DNA of 64,000 bases from the human T2T-CHM13v2.0 reference genome, Homo sapiens (GCF_009914755.1 NC_060930.1); one strand, 5' to 3'; positions 16,642-36,765 are shown, numbered from the stretch's first letter. Numbers and translations: made by a program. The notes: generated from the sequence alone by a model not told the origin.

Positions 16642-17563
16642 TAGAAGTACAGAGTTTTAAAAACTACAATAATAGAATCGTGACCTCAAGGATCTGCCGT
16701 GATATTGGTCAATAAAGTACTTAAGGTTGTGTCGGTTTGTTGTAAAGTGTCATTTTGGAATGTTCCAGGAGAGGACAGAATATTTGAGTTTTTATGACAT
16801 TGGTGAAAGAGAAGGCAGGGATGCACAGCTTAAAGTCTATGATTGAATTACGGACACTGGGTTACTTTCTGTGGTCGACATACATATTGAGGAAATGATC
16901 TGTAATGTTATTTTTCCTAGTTTTTGTGTGTGATAGATGGGAACGTGCTGTGGCTGCAGGAAGCCCTGGGACATGATTTTTGGCTGTGGAACTGCGATCT
17001 GGAGCCATTTCCTTCACTTGGGGAGTCACTGTTTGGGTGTGTTTTGTGTTATAAGAGATTTGTCTGGATCACTGTTCATTGCAGAACGTAATTCATTAAA
17101 GCAAGAAGCGTGGGTGTCTTTCTGGGCCACGTATATTTTCTAAGCTTTTGTCTTACTCCTTTTGTGGCACTTGCTGAAATCAAAGTACCATACTATAACA
17201 GCAGTTTAGACATTCCAGCGTCCTCTCACATCTCACAAATATTATCGTGTTGCTGTACAAAAGTTCTCCAAAGAAAACTAATAAGGACATGCCGATTACT
17301 TGTGAAGTTCCTGAGGAATCCATTTTAGAAAGCAAGATTATAGAAGATTGAATAAATATATTCTATTATCATGTTATGTCTTCAGTCACTAAAACAAAAT
17401 CATTAAAATATTGACTTCTTGGTATAAGTTTGAGGGTTTGTCTTTGGAAATAGGAAATGACTTTTGGTTTCGTACGTGAGATTTTTGTGCCTGTGCTCCC
17501 TTAATGCACATGTTTAAACTGTAAAGATCTTTTCTATAAGGGGACAAAAATTGGCGAGTGTTA

Positions 17564-17924
<361 letters not shown>

Positions 17925-18062
17925 GAGTTGAGCCTCTATGGCCAGAAAAATCTATTCAGAATTAACCATGTTCTTCCAGGGTGTTTCTACTTTACAAATA
18001 GTTCATTAAAACTACCTTTTAATTTTTTTTAATTTTTAAATTTTTTTCTGTATGCTCTATGA

Positions 18063-18423
<361 letters not shown>

Positions 18424-18944
18424 TGAGTCCTGGGAATTCAGAAATTTTTTTGCTCACACCTGCTTGTTTTCTGTATCCGAGTCTTGCTCTTTTGCAGTTT
18501 TTTTGCACTCTGACCAATGATAGTATAATGATACCATTCATTTATCTCTTGACTAACTTATTCTTTTAATAAAGTTTTTATTGTAGAACAATTTTAGATT
18601 TACAGAATTCTTGCAAAAAATAGTATAAAGAGTTTCTGTATGATCCATATCCAGCTTCCCCTATTATTAACATCTTATATTATTATAGTATATTCATTAC
18701 AATAAATGAACCATATTGATACCTTATTATTAACTAAAGCCCATATTCGATTCTCATTTCCTCTCTTTGTCCCTAATGTCCTTTTTCTGTTCCAGGAGCC
18801 CATCCAGCATATCATATTACATATAGTCATCATATCTCCTTTGCCTCCTCTTAGCTGTGACAGTTTCTGAGACTTTTCCTTGTTTTTGATGACTGTGACA
18901 GTTTTGAGGAGTATTAGATAGTTTGCTAGTAGAATGTTCCTCAG

Positions 18945-18951
18945 TTTTCTT

Positions 18952-18982
<31 letters not shown>

Positions 18983-19274
18983 GAGATAGGGTCTTGCTTT
19001 GTCATCCAGATTGGAGTGCAGTGGTGCAATCTCGGTTCACTGCATCCTCTGCCCCCCAGGTTCAAGCGACCCTCTTAACTCAGCCTCCTGAGTAGCTGGG
19101 ACTATAGGTGCATGCCACCACACCCAGCTAATGTTTTTTTATTATTATTTTTTAAATTAGAACCGGTTTTCACCATGTTGCCCAGGCTGGTTTTGAACTC
19201 CCTAACTTAAGCGATTTGCCCGCCTCAGCCTCCCAAAGTTTTGGGATTACAGGCATGAGCCACTGCAGCTGGCC
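18945..19274 (-). mobile_element. AluJ-like
   Basis: polyT plus dimer. Confidence 0.92.
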
Positions 19275-19477
19275 ACCTCAATTTTCTGATTGAACTGGGC
19301 TAATATGTTTTTGAGAAGACCACAGTGGCAAAGTGCCATTGTTATCACGTGATATCACAGGTGCATACTATTAACATGATTTGTCACTGTTGATGTTAAT
19401 CTTGATCATTTGATTTAAGGTAGTATTTGTCACCCTTTTTCTACTGTAAAGTTACTCTTTTTCTTTCCATAATGTAC

Positions 19478-19781
19478 TTTTTTTTTTTTTTTTTTTTTTT
19501 GAGACAGAGGCTCGCGCTGTTGCCCAGGCTGGAGTGCAGTGACGTGATCTTGCTCACTGCAACCTCTGCTTCCCAGGTTCAAGTGATTCTTCTGCCCCAG
19601 CCTCCTGAGTAGCTGGGATTGCAGATACATGCCACCATGCCCGGCTAACTTTTGTATTTTTAGTAGAGATGGGGTTCCACTATGTTCACCAGGCTGGTCT
19701 GGAACCCCTGGCCTCAGGTGATCCACCTGCCTCGGACTCCCAAAATGCTGGGGTTACAGGCATGAGCCACCGCGCCTGGCC
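19478..19781 (-). mobile_element. AluS
   Basis: Dimer; TSD ccataatgtact. Confidence 0.92.
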
Positions 19782-20469
19782 CCATAATGTACTCTTTGGA
19801 AGAAAGTCACTCCGCACAGTCCACACATAAGTTATCTATAATTCTACATGGAGAGTGTCTGTTCTCCATTTACTTATCTGTTCAATCCTTAATATCAAGA
19901 TGGATTCATGGCTATTTATGTTATACTTTAGGTTATAATCTAATACTACTTTTGCTCCAATTGTTCCTGTTTTGACCATTGGAGCTCTTTCAGGTGGCTC
20001 TTGAATCTCTGACATACCCCTATCATTGTGGTTTTTCCTGCCCCAGTGCCAAAATAAGCCATTTCTCCAAGGAGCCCTGGTTCCTTGGTGTTAGAATGCT
20101 ATTAGAAACCAAGATCTGGGTGTAAGGTGTAATCATTGCTAATGGGATGTTGGTATTTCTGTCTACATGTATTTTAATGTGTATTTCCTGTTCTTCTAAC
20201 TAGATGTGTGAGTGTCAAGTGGCTCCATCTCAGGCCAATTAAATCAGAATTTCAGAGAATGGGGTTGGGCATTAGTATATGGTTAGTTCCCCAGATGATT
20301 TTAACATGCATCCAGAGAAGCAATTCCAGCCTGTAAAACTCTTGAGGGTAAAGGGAAGTAAATATTGGATAAATTTGGCAAACACTTTTTGAGTCCCCGT
20401 CACTTGCCAGGTGCTATACAAAGCACTGAAATAAAAGAGCCCTTGACGTTAATAAAAATGAAGAGTAAC

Positions 20470-20710
20470 AGTCATTATCGTTTTTGACAACATACTATAT
20501 GTAAGCACTGAGCTAATTACTTTATGTAACAGTATTCCATTAAATCCTCAAACAACTCTTTACCTTAAGTCTCTTTCACCAGTGAGCAAAACTGAGGCTC
20601 TGAATGATTTAAGTAACTTACCTGTGATCACTAAGTCTTGGAGCTGGGATTTGAACTCACATCTGTGAGTCTCCAAAGCTCATGATGATGATCATTACCC
20701 ACTATACTGT
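20470..20710 (-). mobile_element. MIR
   Basis: aaactgaggctc...gagctgggatttgaactc core. Confidence 0.7.
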
Positions 20711-21203
20711 GTTTCTCAGCGGTCTCAATAGATAATTATGTTAAGATGAGATACATTTCGTTCTAGAAGCCCCTGTAGGCTGATAGTTAGGAATATACAA
20801 TATGATACTAAGTGATAAATGCTATGATAGAAGCACAGAGGAATGGTATCTAACGTAAACTGGAGAGGAGAGGGTGATCATGGAGGGCTTCCCAGAGGAG
20901 AAGGCATCTGCCCTGTAATTTGAAAGATTATTGGGAATTAACTATGCAACATGGAAAGGGAGAAGATGTTTCAGGCATCAACACTAGGAAATTAACATTG
21001 ATACAATAATATTAACTAAGCCCCATACTATTTGGACTTTCCCCAGTTTTTCCACTAATGTAGGTTTTCTGTTCTAAGATTCAGTCTGTGATTCTACATT
21101 GCAGTTAGTTGTATTTCCTTAGTATCCTCCTGTGACCATTTCTTGTTTCTTCTTTGTCTTTCATGACCTTGACACTTTTGATGATTAATGATCGGGAATT
21201 TAG

Positions 21204-21551
<348 letters not shown>

Positions 21552-22058
21552 TCTATTTGTGTTTGATGTTTTATCAGATTAAATTAAGGTTATGGATTTT
21601 GGACAGAATATCATAAAGGTGATAAGCCCCTCTCCTTGCACATGGTAGGGGCACATGATATTAACACGACTTACTACTGGTGACATTAACCTTGATCAGT
21701 TGGTTAGTGTGGTGTCAGCCTGCTTGGTGTCAGCCATAGTCAAGTCACTATTTTTTGTTTTCTCTATTCATTAGAAGCAAGTTACCAAGTCCAGCTCACA
21801 CTCAAGTGGAGAGTATTTAGCTCCAAATTCTGGAGGGAGCAGTGTGAAATAATTTGTGGTCATATCTGAAAACTAACATAGTGTTCAGCAGATTTTGGGA
21901 GACATACAGATATACTGCATTGTAAATATCTTGTTTCTCCTTAAAGTTTCACCCGCTGCCTACTACCTTTATTATTCATTAGACTGCGGCAATTATGGCT
22001 GTGCTGTTTTAATGATGACTTTCTCTTTCCTCCATTCCTTCTATTAATACATTTAATA

Positions 22059-22360
<302 letters not shown>

Positions 22361-22549
22361 CATTTAATAATTGGAATTCTTTTGCCATAAAGATTGTTTC
22401 TTCTCCCTCAATTACTTTTTTATTCAGCTATTTACTTATATAAGTATGGAGTCATAGCCATTATTTTATTCTTTGAGTTAGAACTCAATACTATCATTAT
22501 TATGTTGCTCCAGTTACTCCAGCTTTGGTGATTGAAAGCCCTTTTGGGG

Positions 22550-22907
<358 letters not shown>

Positions 22908-24490
22908 CTACAGGTACCTGGTTCATCTTCAATTTTCTCTATTCCAGTTCCAGAATCAGCCATTTCTCCAAGGAGCCCTGGTTCCTTTCACTGGAGAATG
23001 ATATTTAGAAACCAAGTTCTGGGTGCCAGGTGTGCCCGTTGCTATTGGAGTGTTACTACGTCTTCTAGGCCCTCTCAATGAATAGAGCTAGGAAGTTTTT
23101 GTATGCATACTAATCCATGTGTACACACATTTATATCTGTGTGTCTATCTCTCAATCAAAATAAACATGTTCATAATGATATCACTGACTAGACTTTATA
23201 TTTCTGTATCTATCTGTACATATATATATTAAACATGAGTTCATACTGCTATCTCTAAATACACACATGTATCTCTAGATACACACATGTATCTGTATTT
23301 TTTGTATCCATTTACCTATATATATATTAAAACCAATATGAGCTTCTACTTACATCTGCAACTTGAATCCAGTACCAGAGTTAGTTTAGCCTTCCCGCTT
23401 TTCGTATTTATAACTTCTTTTTCTGACAGTGAAAATCTTGAGTCGCGTTGTTTACGATTTATTATAAATGTGCTCATCCCTACTATACATGTAAAGCAGC
23501 TTTGGAATTTCCAGCTTGTACCTCTGATGCAATAAATTTACCGTCTACAGGGCAGTGTTTGTGTAGTTTGTGTTTTTTCATTTTTAGCTTACAGTGTCCA
23601 GTCTGAATAGTGGGTTCCAGAGTTATTTAGATCAGCTCCTTTTCCCTACCTACTGTAGTGAAGTTGTGTCATATATTTCCAGCGAAGTTACTTGCCATGC
23701 TGACAGTTTGCGTTCTATCCTGAGGGTCCCTGACATCCCAGAGAGTCTAGGATTGATTTTTTAAAAAAATTTGTATGACAGTTTAATTCACTTTTTGTGG
23801 TGTACAGTTTTATGGGTTTTTCACAAATGCATGGAGTCGTATAGCCACCACCACAGTGCTGTACTGAACAGTTCTATCCTTCAAAAAATTCCTTTGTGTA
23901 GTTCCCTCACTGATTTTTGTCCCTAGAATTGTGTCTTTTCTGGAGTGTCTCTTAAATGGAGTTATAAAGTATGTAGCCTTTTTCTGGTCTGGCTTACCCT
24001 CGCCACCGCCCCTGCATCTCGCCCCCCCACCGCCCCCGCGCACCACCCCCCACTTAGGAAAAGGGATTGAAGATTTATCTGGGTTACTGGGTGAATCAGT
24101 AGACTGCTCTTTTTCATTGCTGAATAGTATTCCATTGTATGTATGCAGTCACTCTTTGTTAACCATTTGATCGCTGAAGATCATTTTGGTTGCTTCCAAT
24201 TTTTGGCAACTATGAATAAAGCTGCTATAAACAATTGTGTGCAGGTTTTTGCACAAGTATAATCTTTTTAATTCACTTGGGTAAATACCTAGGAGTAGAA
24301 TTGTTAGGTTGTATGGTAGGAGTATGTTTTAGCTTTATAAGACACTGCTAAACTGTTTTCCAAAGTGACTGTATTATTTTGTATTCACATCTGTTGCTCC
24401 ATATCCTCACCAGCTTTTGGAGTTACCAGTTTATTTTATTTTATTATTTTTGTTTTATCATTCTAGTAAGTGTATAGTAATATCTCCTAG

Positions 24491-24931
<441 letters not shown>

Positions 24932-25437
24932 TAAAAAACTGGGTTGTTGGTTTTCTTATTGTTGAGGTTTAACAACTATTCTTTACATATGTTTTGGGAA
25001 TAAGTTCTTTATTGGATATGCGATTTGCAGATATTTTCTCCTAGTATGTGACTTGTCATTTTTTTTTTAAGAAAATAACTGGTTCAGATTTAGTGGCAAG
25101 GCAACATGATTTCACAAACAGGGTAGTGAGTCAAGACTTAGAAATGCAGTAACAAGATCTCTGCAACAAAGTTTAAATGATACTTTAAATACTTTATTTT
25201 TTTCCACAATCAACTAAAAAGCAGTGTTTTAGCAGTTGATCATATTGTGGTAGACCTCTTCCCTGTGTGTACACCACAGCTTTCATGCAATCCCAGGGAT
25301 GGAGAGTACATGTTGTGCGTGTGTGGGTATGTGTGTCCATGTAAATATGAACACGTACAATTATGTGTGTATATTTCCTGCAGTATAGCTTTATCTGGGT
25401 GATAGTTACATGAGTATATACACATTTGTAAAAAGTT

Positions 25438-25791
<354 letters not shown>

Positions 25792-26892
25792 TTAAAAAAT
25801 AAACAATGTGCATGTGGATGTAAGATAGTGAAGCTCAATAATAGCCTTGGATTAAAAAAAAGAAGAAAGCAGAAATTATGTAGCATGAAAGGATGGATAG
25901 ATGTAGCCAAATATTTATATGGAGTCCCGTATGACTATCCCATGGAAGACCATGGGGAAGCTTAGGACAGAGGATAGACCAGCATATGCATCATATGTAA
26001 AGGCTAGATGTCTTACAGCTTTGAAAACTGATAGTTTTCTCTTGATAATTTTGAATGATTAAGTTGATATAGAGTTTTATTGACAATCTACACATTTACC
26101 TGTAAATTCCTACTTGGCTTCTTTTTACCCTTTGCTGATTTGTTGATTACCTACCAGATTTCCTATGCCAGTGTAGGAATTTGGATGTTGTTGGTGAGCA
26201 TTAGAATAAAATAATACAGTATCTTATATTTAAGAACTAAACATGAAACTTGGAGCCTAGCTTTTACAGCTCTAGAACATGAAAAATGACATCACTCAAA
26301 GAAAAGCACACAATCTCATAAACGTGGCTAAAAAATCAAAACGCTGGTGTATCTGGGTTTATGTATCCAGCTTGCCTATGCCTTAATTGTGAATTGTGAA
26401 TATAGTTTGAGCTGGAATTTGGCCTTCCCAGAACTTTTTGGTTTGGCCCAGAAGCATGAGAAGTGTGAGAGCCACCCGGCACCACAGGAGGTGTCTTGCT
26501 CTGGGATTTTATGGCTGTGGCAGAGACTTGGTTTCTCAATGAGGGCAAAATGCTTTTGAGTAATTCCAGGTGGAGGGTTGACAAGGTTGGAACTTTAAAG
26601 CTGGATTACATAATTATGCTCCATGGCTTGTTTGACTAATAACTTGTGTGCATGCATATTGAAAAGAACAAGGCATCCTTCTTTCAGGCCGCATATTTAT
26701 TCCCAGCTCTAGTTACTGCTGCATTGAGGACAAACATCTCATCTCTCTCCCTTTCCCTTCCCTCCTCATCGCCTGTAGTTTTCTCCCCACTCCTTTTGTC
26801 CACCCTTTTCCCTTCCTTTCTCCCCTCCTCTCTCCTCTCCTCTTCCCCAGAGGAGGATATCGGCAAAATTAAGTTTGTTCCTATATACAGTA

Positions 26893-27189
26893 TTTTTTGT
26901 TGTCATTGTTGAGATAGTCTTGCTTTTGTCTCCCAGGCTGGAGTGCAGTGGTGCAATCTCAGCTCACTGCAACCTCCACCTCCCGGTTTCAAGGTTCTCC
27001 TGCCTCAGCTTCCTGAGTAGCTGGGACTACAGGCACCCGACACCACGCCCGGCTGATTTTTGTACTCTTAGTAGAGATGGGGTTTCACCGTGTTGGCCAG
27101 GCTGGTCTCAAACTGCTAACCTCGGGTGATCTGCCCACCTCGGCCTCCCAAAGTGCTGGGATTACAGGCGTGAGCCACCATACCCGGCC
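26893..27189 (-). mobile_element. AluS
   Basis: Dimer; TSD tatatacagt. Confidence 0.92.
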
Positions 27190-27431
27190 ATATATACAGT
27201 GTGAAACCATTGATTTCTAGTTGTGCTTATATTTAAGTAATGCAAATTTAACTAAAAATAATCCTGTGGAAGTCATCGTGCATTTCCTTTCTTCCTGCCC
27301 CATGTGATCATTTTATTTCTAAAAGAAAAATAACTGTTTTTCTTAATACAAAAGGATAACTTCCTTTTTGTAATTTCAACTGTGTTTTTTTTTAGATACA
27401 AGGATTTCAAGTTTTAAAAAATATGATTTTA

Positions 27432-27716
27432 GGTCCAGCGCAGTGGCTCATGCCTGTAATCCCAGCACTTTGGGAGGCGGAGGTGGGTGGATTGCCTGAG
27501 CTCAGGAGTTCGAGACCAGCCTGGCCAACGTGGCAAAACCCCGTCTCTACTAAAAATACGAAAATTAGCCAGGTGTGGTGGTGACTGTAGTGCCAGCTCC
27601 ATGGGAGGCTGAGGCATGAGCCTAAACCTGGGAAGTGGAGGTTGCAGTGAGCCCAGAGTGCGCCACTGCACTCCAGCTTGGGCAACAGAATAAGACTGTC
27701 TCTCCCCACCAAAAAA
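27432..27716 (+). mobile_element. Alu (S/J)
   Basis: Dimer; TSD tgatttta. Confidence 0.9.
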
Positions 27717-28112
27717 GTGATTTTACATGTGAATAAAAATAATGACAGTGCACAAGAGAAACTGCTCCTTTTCAGCATGGTGTCCCTGGTTGGAAATCTG
27801 GGCAGGAGCACTGTTCAAGCCTGCTGGGAAGCCGGTTGTGCTGCTGATTTCTGTTAGTAACTCCCAAGTTGTATGCTGATCCAGTATTAGTATTTGGAGG
27901 TATTTGGAGGTATAAAGGTATTTGATGCATACCTGAAGGGCCTGCTTTTGTTTGTTAGAATGAGTAGCATTTAACTTTTGAAACTCTAACTCCACTCTGA
28001 AGCCTTCCCGGAAAAATGGGCTGTTTCTCCGCCAGCTAAATTGGTCCTGGGCCTTCTCCACTGAGACGGCCGCTCTTGTCCCCTTCTCAATTTTCCTGTT
28101 CCCAAAGGGCCT

Positions 28113-28182
28113 TTGGCCTCCCAAAGGGCTGGGATTACAGGCATGAGCCACCGTGCCTGGCCCAGACATTTCTTTTTGAAGC
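28113..28182 (+). repeat. 70-bp exact copy of 32403-32472 (Alu 5' end plus unique flank)
   Basis: Base-by-base identity. Confidence 0.95.
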
Positions 28183-28647
28183 CTCCACTTCCATCTCCAC
28201 TTTCAGCCTCACAATGAAGACTCTTCACCATTTCTAATTTTGCTCATCTCTGTCAGGCTCTTGTGTATTTACATTTTGTTTCCTTGTTCATTGTTTACAT
28301 CACATTACATGTGAGTCTGTGAAGTCCTGGAGCGTGGACAGACACACATCTGTGTGGTTCTGCCTGTACCGTGTCACCGCTGGGAAGAGTTGCTTCTAGC
28401 ATGTGGAGGTTATGTGTGTTCGTACAAACTTTCAGAGGGGCCAGCCGGAAGCCGCTTTTGGTGGATGGACTTCAACAATTTTATGGTCTTTCTGCATCAT
28501 ATTTCTGGTGTGTCTTTCCTGTTTGGCTCTGATTTTCCTTTAGTTTTCATCCTTAGAACTGGGAAGCAAGCCCAGATTTTAACAACAAACTTAAAATTCT
28601 TTTGGTGTGTGTATATATATAATTTTTTTGGCATACCTTCCTGATAG

Positions 28648-28965
<318 letters not shown>

Positions 28966-29564
28966 GATGACAAGTTCTTTACAAATATTTCTATTTGCAG
29001 TCTTCCCAGCCTGCTGGATTTGCAGGGTTACATTAAAGACCTTGAAGAGGGTCTTTGTGGTACAGCCGCAGGATCGTAGGACCCCAGACTCAGCAGGATC
29101 CTGAAGACCCAGTCTGGCTGTGGGGGAGCTCATTCTGGGATGGCACAGAGCATATTAGTTTTCTTTTCATTGGTGGGCTGTGGAGGGGAAGCTTTTGTGA
29201 CTGTCCCTCCTACCTAGAACCTTTCTCACCCCAAGCGTCCTCTCTCTCCACCCAACTCCCATAATATGTTGGTTATACTTAAGTTACCACCTTCAGCCTT
29301 TTATTAGAGTCGGAACTCACATGTCTGCTGAGGGCTCCTTCTCCTTTGATATTTAAATAAAATTGACTTGAGCTCTCTGTCCCTGTCTCTGGAAGAGGTC
29401 CATGTCTCCAAGAAATCTGGAAAGTTCCCACAGGGAGATGCATGTTCTTATATTCAGCTCTGGCTCTGAGTTCTTGCCCCTCCTGACTCTCATTTCCACT
29501 CCCTCCTAAGCTTCCCTTTCCCCTGTTGTCTGCTTTGTGCTAACCTAGTTAGATGAGGGTTAGG

Positions 29565-29876
29565 GATGATGATGATGTTGATGATGATGATTTTGAGACA
29601 GGGTCTCACTTTGTTGCCCAGGCTGGAATGCAGTGTCGTCATCATGGCTCACTGCAGCCTCCACCTCCCTGGCTCAGGTGGTCCTCCCACCTCTTAGCCT
29701 CCCAAGTACTGGGACTACAGGTATGCACCACCACGCCTGGCTAATTTTTGTATTTTTTGTAGTGACGGGCTTTTCCCATGTTGCCTGGGCTGGTCTCGAA
29801 CTCCTGGGGTCAAGTGATCCACCCGTCTCGGTCTCCCAAAGTGCTGGGAATACAGGCGTGCATGACCAAGCCCGAC
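29565..29876 (-). mobile_element. AluJ-like with (GAT)n tail
   Basis: Dimer. Confidence 0.9.
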
Positions 29877-30378
29877 TTTTTCCTTGTTTTTTAATTTACG
29901 TTTTTCTTTTCCACCCAACCACACGTACAAGTGTTGCTATTTTTATTACACTTAGTCAAGTTTCAGGCTAAGAATTGGGAGAAGGGGTGATATGCAGCAG
30001 TGTAACATCTTAGTATAGACAGTTACACCCATCAGTTGTTAAAGACCTGTGGCTGTTGCAGTGCTGGGAATGTCACTGCCACAGGCGCCAGAGTTTCCAG
30101 CCTCTTGCCCTATTGCTGGGCCCCTCTCCCTTCACATTTGGCGTGTGTGTCTCCTGGCCTTCTGCCTTTCTGGAGCCTCTCTGCATCAATGAATGCTAAA
30201 GGCAAAAAACTCTCTACCCACCCTTTATGTGCCTGGAATATCTGGGAGTGGAAATTTCTGCCTTTTCCTTTCTCTGTCTTTTATCAATCTCTATAGATGA
30301 AAAGGAGAAGTATACAGATTCTCTCTCCACACTGTAAATTGTGCTTCCTCTTCAGGAGACAGAAGTGGTTACAGTTAA

Positions 30379-30662
30379 TTTTTTTTTTTTGAGATAGAGT
30401 CTCCTCTGTTGCCCAGGCTAGAGTGCAATGGCACGATCTTGTCCCACTGCAACCTCCAGCTCACTGCAACCTCTGCCTCCTGGGTTCAAGCGATTCTTCT
30501 ACCTCAGCCTCCGGAGTAGCTGGGATTACAGGCACCCGCCCCCCCATCACGTCTGGCTAATTTTTGTATTTTTGTAGAGATCGGGTTTCACCATGTTGGC
30601 CAGGCTGGTCTTGAACTCCTGACCTCAGGTGATCCGTCCGCCTCGGCCTCCCAGAGTGCTGG
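30379..30662 (-). mobile_element. AluS, 5'-truncated
   Basis: Dimer ending at gtgctgg. Confidence 0.9.
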
Positions 30663-30858
30663 TAGTTTTGGTTTTAAATAACATTTTACTTTTCGTGCTG
30701 CGATTGTTTATTTTTTATTTTTTTGAGATGGGATCTCGCCATGTTGCCCAGACTAGGTATTCTATTTTAGATCCATTTCCTTCTTCAGGAAATGCTGAGT
30801 GAGGAGAAGCTGCTTAGCATCTTATAACCCTTTATAGCCCCTGGTAGCTGTTAGTAAA

Positions 30859-31329
<471 letters not shown>

Positions 31330-31846
31330 TGTTAGTAAACTTTATAGTAGATTTTCCATTGTTTGATTCAAGCTGAATGAAAGAACGACCAGGGTTTCAT
31401 TCATGGCATGCCTTTGGAGAAACTGTTATTCTATAAAGATTCTATAAAGCAGCATACATTTGCATGTAATCTTGGTGAAATATAATCATCTGTATCTGTT
31501 TGAAGGTGGGCACCCAAATAAGAAGTAGACATAAGGAATTATACTGTAAAATAATAGGAAAAGCTTGATCATTGTATACAGTAATTTTAGTATAGTATCT
31601 AACATTACACTAGTATTTTGCATAGCAGCTAAAATATATTAGAAAAATGACAACAAATTCAGATGATTTGCTTTGTCATCAGATTTGAGTCAGTATGTAG
31701 CTTCCTACTCTTTAAGTAAAGAAAATGGCAGCAGTGGAGATATTGAAGAAATAAGTTGTCATGCTGTTCTCTAACTGTGCCATGAGTTCTGCCTCCCTGG
31801 GTATTGTGTAGCTTTGGAATGTGCTATCTGGACAGACATTTCTTTT

Positions 31847-32452
<606 letters not shown>

Positions 32453-32827
32453 CAGACATTTCTTTTTGAAGCTGAAATTTGATTTACTTTGGCTGTTTGC
32501 CTTTAATCCTATACCATGTAGTCAGAATTCATTTAAAAATTTTTCTAGTAAGCATCTTTCCTGAATTTAAGGCAGTTCCTCAGGAATTTTCCTTATGATG
32601 AATTAAACATAGTAATGATTAGTAACTCAGGGCAAAAGGCCTTAAAAACATTGCTGTAAACTGATCATCTTAGTCCTTTAAGTGGAAATTTATGGTAGGA
32701 TGGTGATACCCTGAGGTGGTGGTAGAGACTTAGTTCCCAAAGAGCTCCTTTATTTATGTGTGTCTACATGACTGACCCTATTGGCTCAGCTTGGGTTTTG
32801 AATGTACTGTAAGAAATATTTTTTAGG

Positions 32828-33124
<297 letters not shown>

Positions 33125-33344
33125 GACACATATTTAGAGACAGGTGTGTTTATGTGTTACAGAAATGAATGGTTATGTGTTGGCTTTCCAGACAGCTTTG
33201 GAGCACGTCTCCACGGATCTTCATCAAGATCCAGAGAACACCTGAACTTACATGACTTGGGATTTCTGGATAATGGGAAGAAAGCGGAAGCAGCATTTTA
33301 GACTGGACTTATTAAACGTTAAGATGACCATATGCCAGAACTTG

Positions 33345-34770
<1,426 letters not shown>

Positions 34771-35087
34771 GTGGGGCAGGGAATCACCTGTCGTCAGGGA
34801 GCCACTGAAGCCAACAGAGGACGGAGCCTCAAGAAGTTGCATCGAGGGTTCGTCCTTATTTTGGATTATGTGATGAATGAAAAGTGTTACTAAAGATGAA
34901 CTGTAGTCTATAGTTAGCACAATTAAAATCCATATTTGCTATTAAGAACAAAGTTTACTTTTAGAGACCATTTATAAATTGGTGTTTTTCATGCCTAAGA
35001 TCTGTTATTAAAGGTTAGAGATTAAAGGACTTTATAAAGAATTATCCATTATTTGCTGTGCCTGGTGCTTTTCTTGCTTCAGATTGA

Positions 35088-35398
<311 letters not shown>

Positions 35399-36278
35399 AG
35401 ATTCACTGAGTACTTTTATAGAAGGGCCTGCGTCCATAGCCAAGTCCTACTTTATATAATTGTGATATTATACAGATATTTCCACTTTGGTTCCATTTCC
35501 TCTCATTATAAACCCTGCTTCTCATAGTGGCTTTGGGTGCCTAACCTGGACTTACAGAGCAAGAAAGTGAGGCTCCAGGCCACACCCACCAGAGCAGCTG
35601 AGAAGAAAAAAAAAAGAATTGAAGAGTCTCTGGTCTCTGCTTAACAGCGAGCTACCCCGCTTGCTTATAATTAAAAGTCTATTACGATTTCTACTTCAAA
35701 CGTAACATTTTCCTACCTGCAGTAGATACCCTTAGAAGAGGAGTTTGGAACCTTCCCATAGGGCAGAGTGGGAGTGCTTCTCAACAAAATACTCATTAGG
35801 ACCTTTCATCTCAAAGATGAAAGATCTTTCAGACATTGGTAATCCCCACAAAATCCTTTTGAGGCTGGTAGGTGGAAAATGCAATGTTCTGGATGGGGAG
35901 AGAGACGTAAGGGTGCCTGCCCCAGAGCAACTTGTTGGGAACTCAACGCTTGAGCCAAGATACTGATTTGTGATCTCAACCCAGATGCACCACAGTTGCT
36001 ATCCTGTATTGATGACACCATTATGATACCAGGTCCTACTTCAATCATGCACTGTCATGCCTCAGCAATACCTGATATTATTATTGATTTGTTGATATGG
36101 CTACAAGGGATCTAATGAAAAGAAAATTCCTAACGACAAACTTAATTTTGACTTCCTCTCCATATCAGAGTTAACTTCTAAAGTTTTCCTTTGTAAAATA
36201 GTGCACCATGACTTTAAAATATCTGTGTAAGGTTTAAGAATATTAATTTTATTTAATTAATTTAAAGTAATGATAAGC

Positions 36279-36583
<305 letters not shown>

Positions 36584-36765
36584 TGTAACGATAAGTTTAT
36601 TTCAAATGTTCTTCCAAATTATTATCAAGAAGGCTTTTTCTTGTGTGTTTATTACGTTCTTTCTAAGAGACTAAGAGGCTGTTAGTTCCTAAAGCCACTG
36701 ATGCACTTTAGTCTTCAGAGCTGATCCCAGCGGTCTTTGAAATAGCGTTAGAACCTCTGAGGATT

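Larger units (their letters stand above)
18560..20160 (-). mobile_element. L1MC/MD 3' region interrupted by two Alus
   Basis: ttttagatttacagaa..., attaactaaagcccata, agccatttctccaaggagccctggttcc hallmarks. Confidence 0.75.

Noticed and set aside
16905-17143. Acceptor-like sites and a 68-aa ATG ORF (MGTCCGCRKPW...)
   Set aside because: No good donor, no recognisable protein similarity, length within chance expectation.
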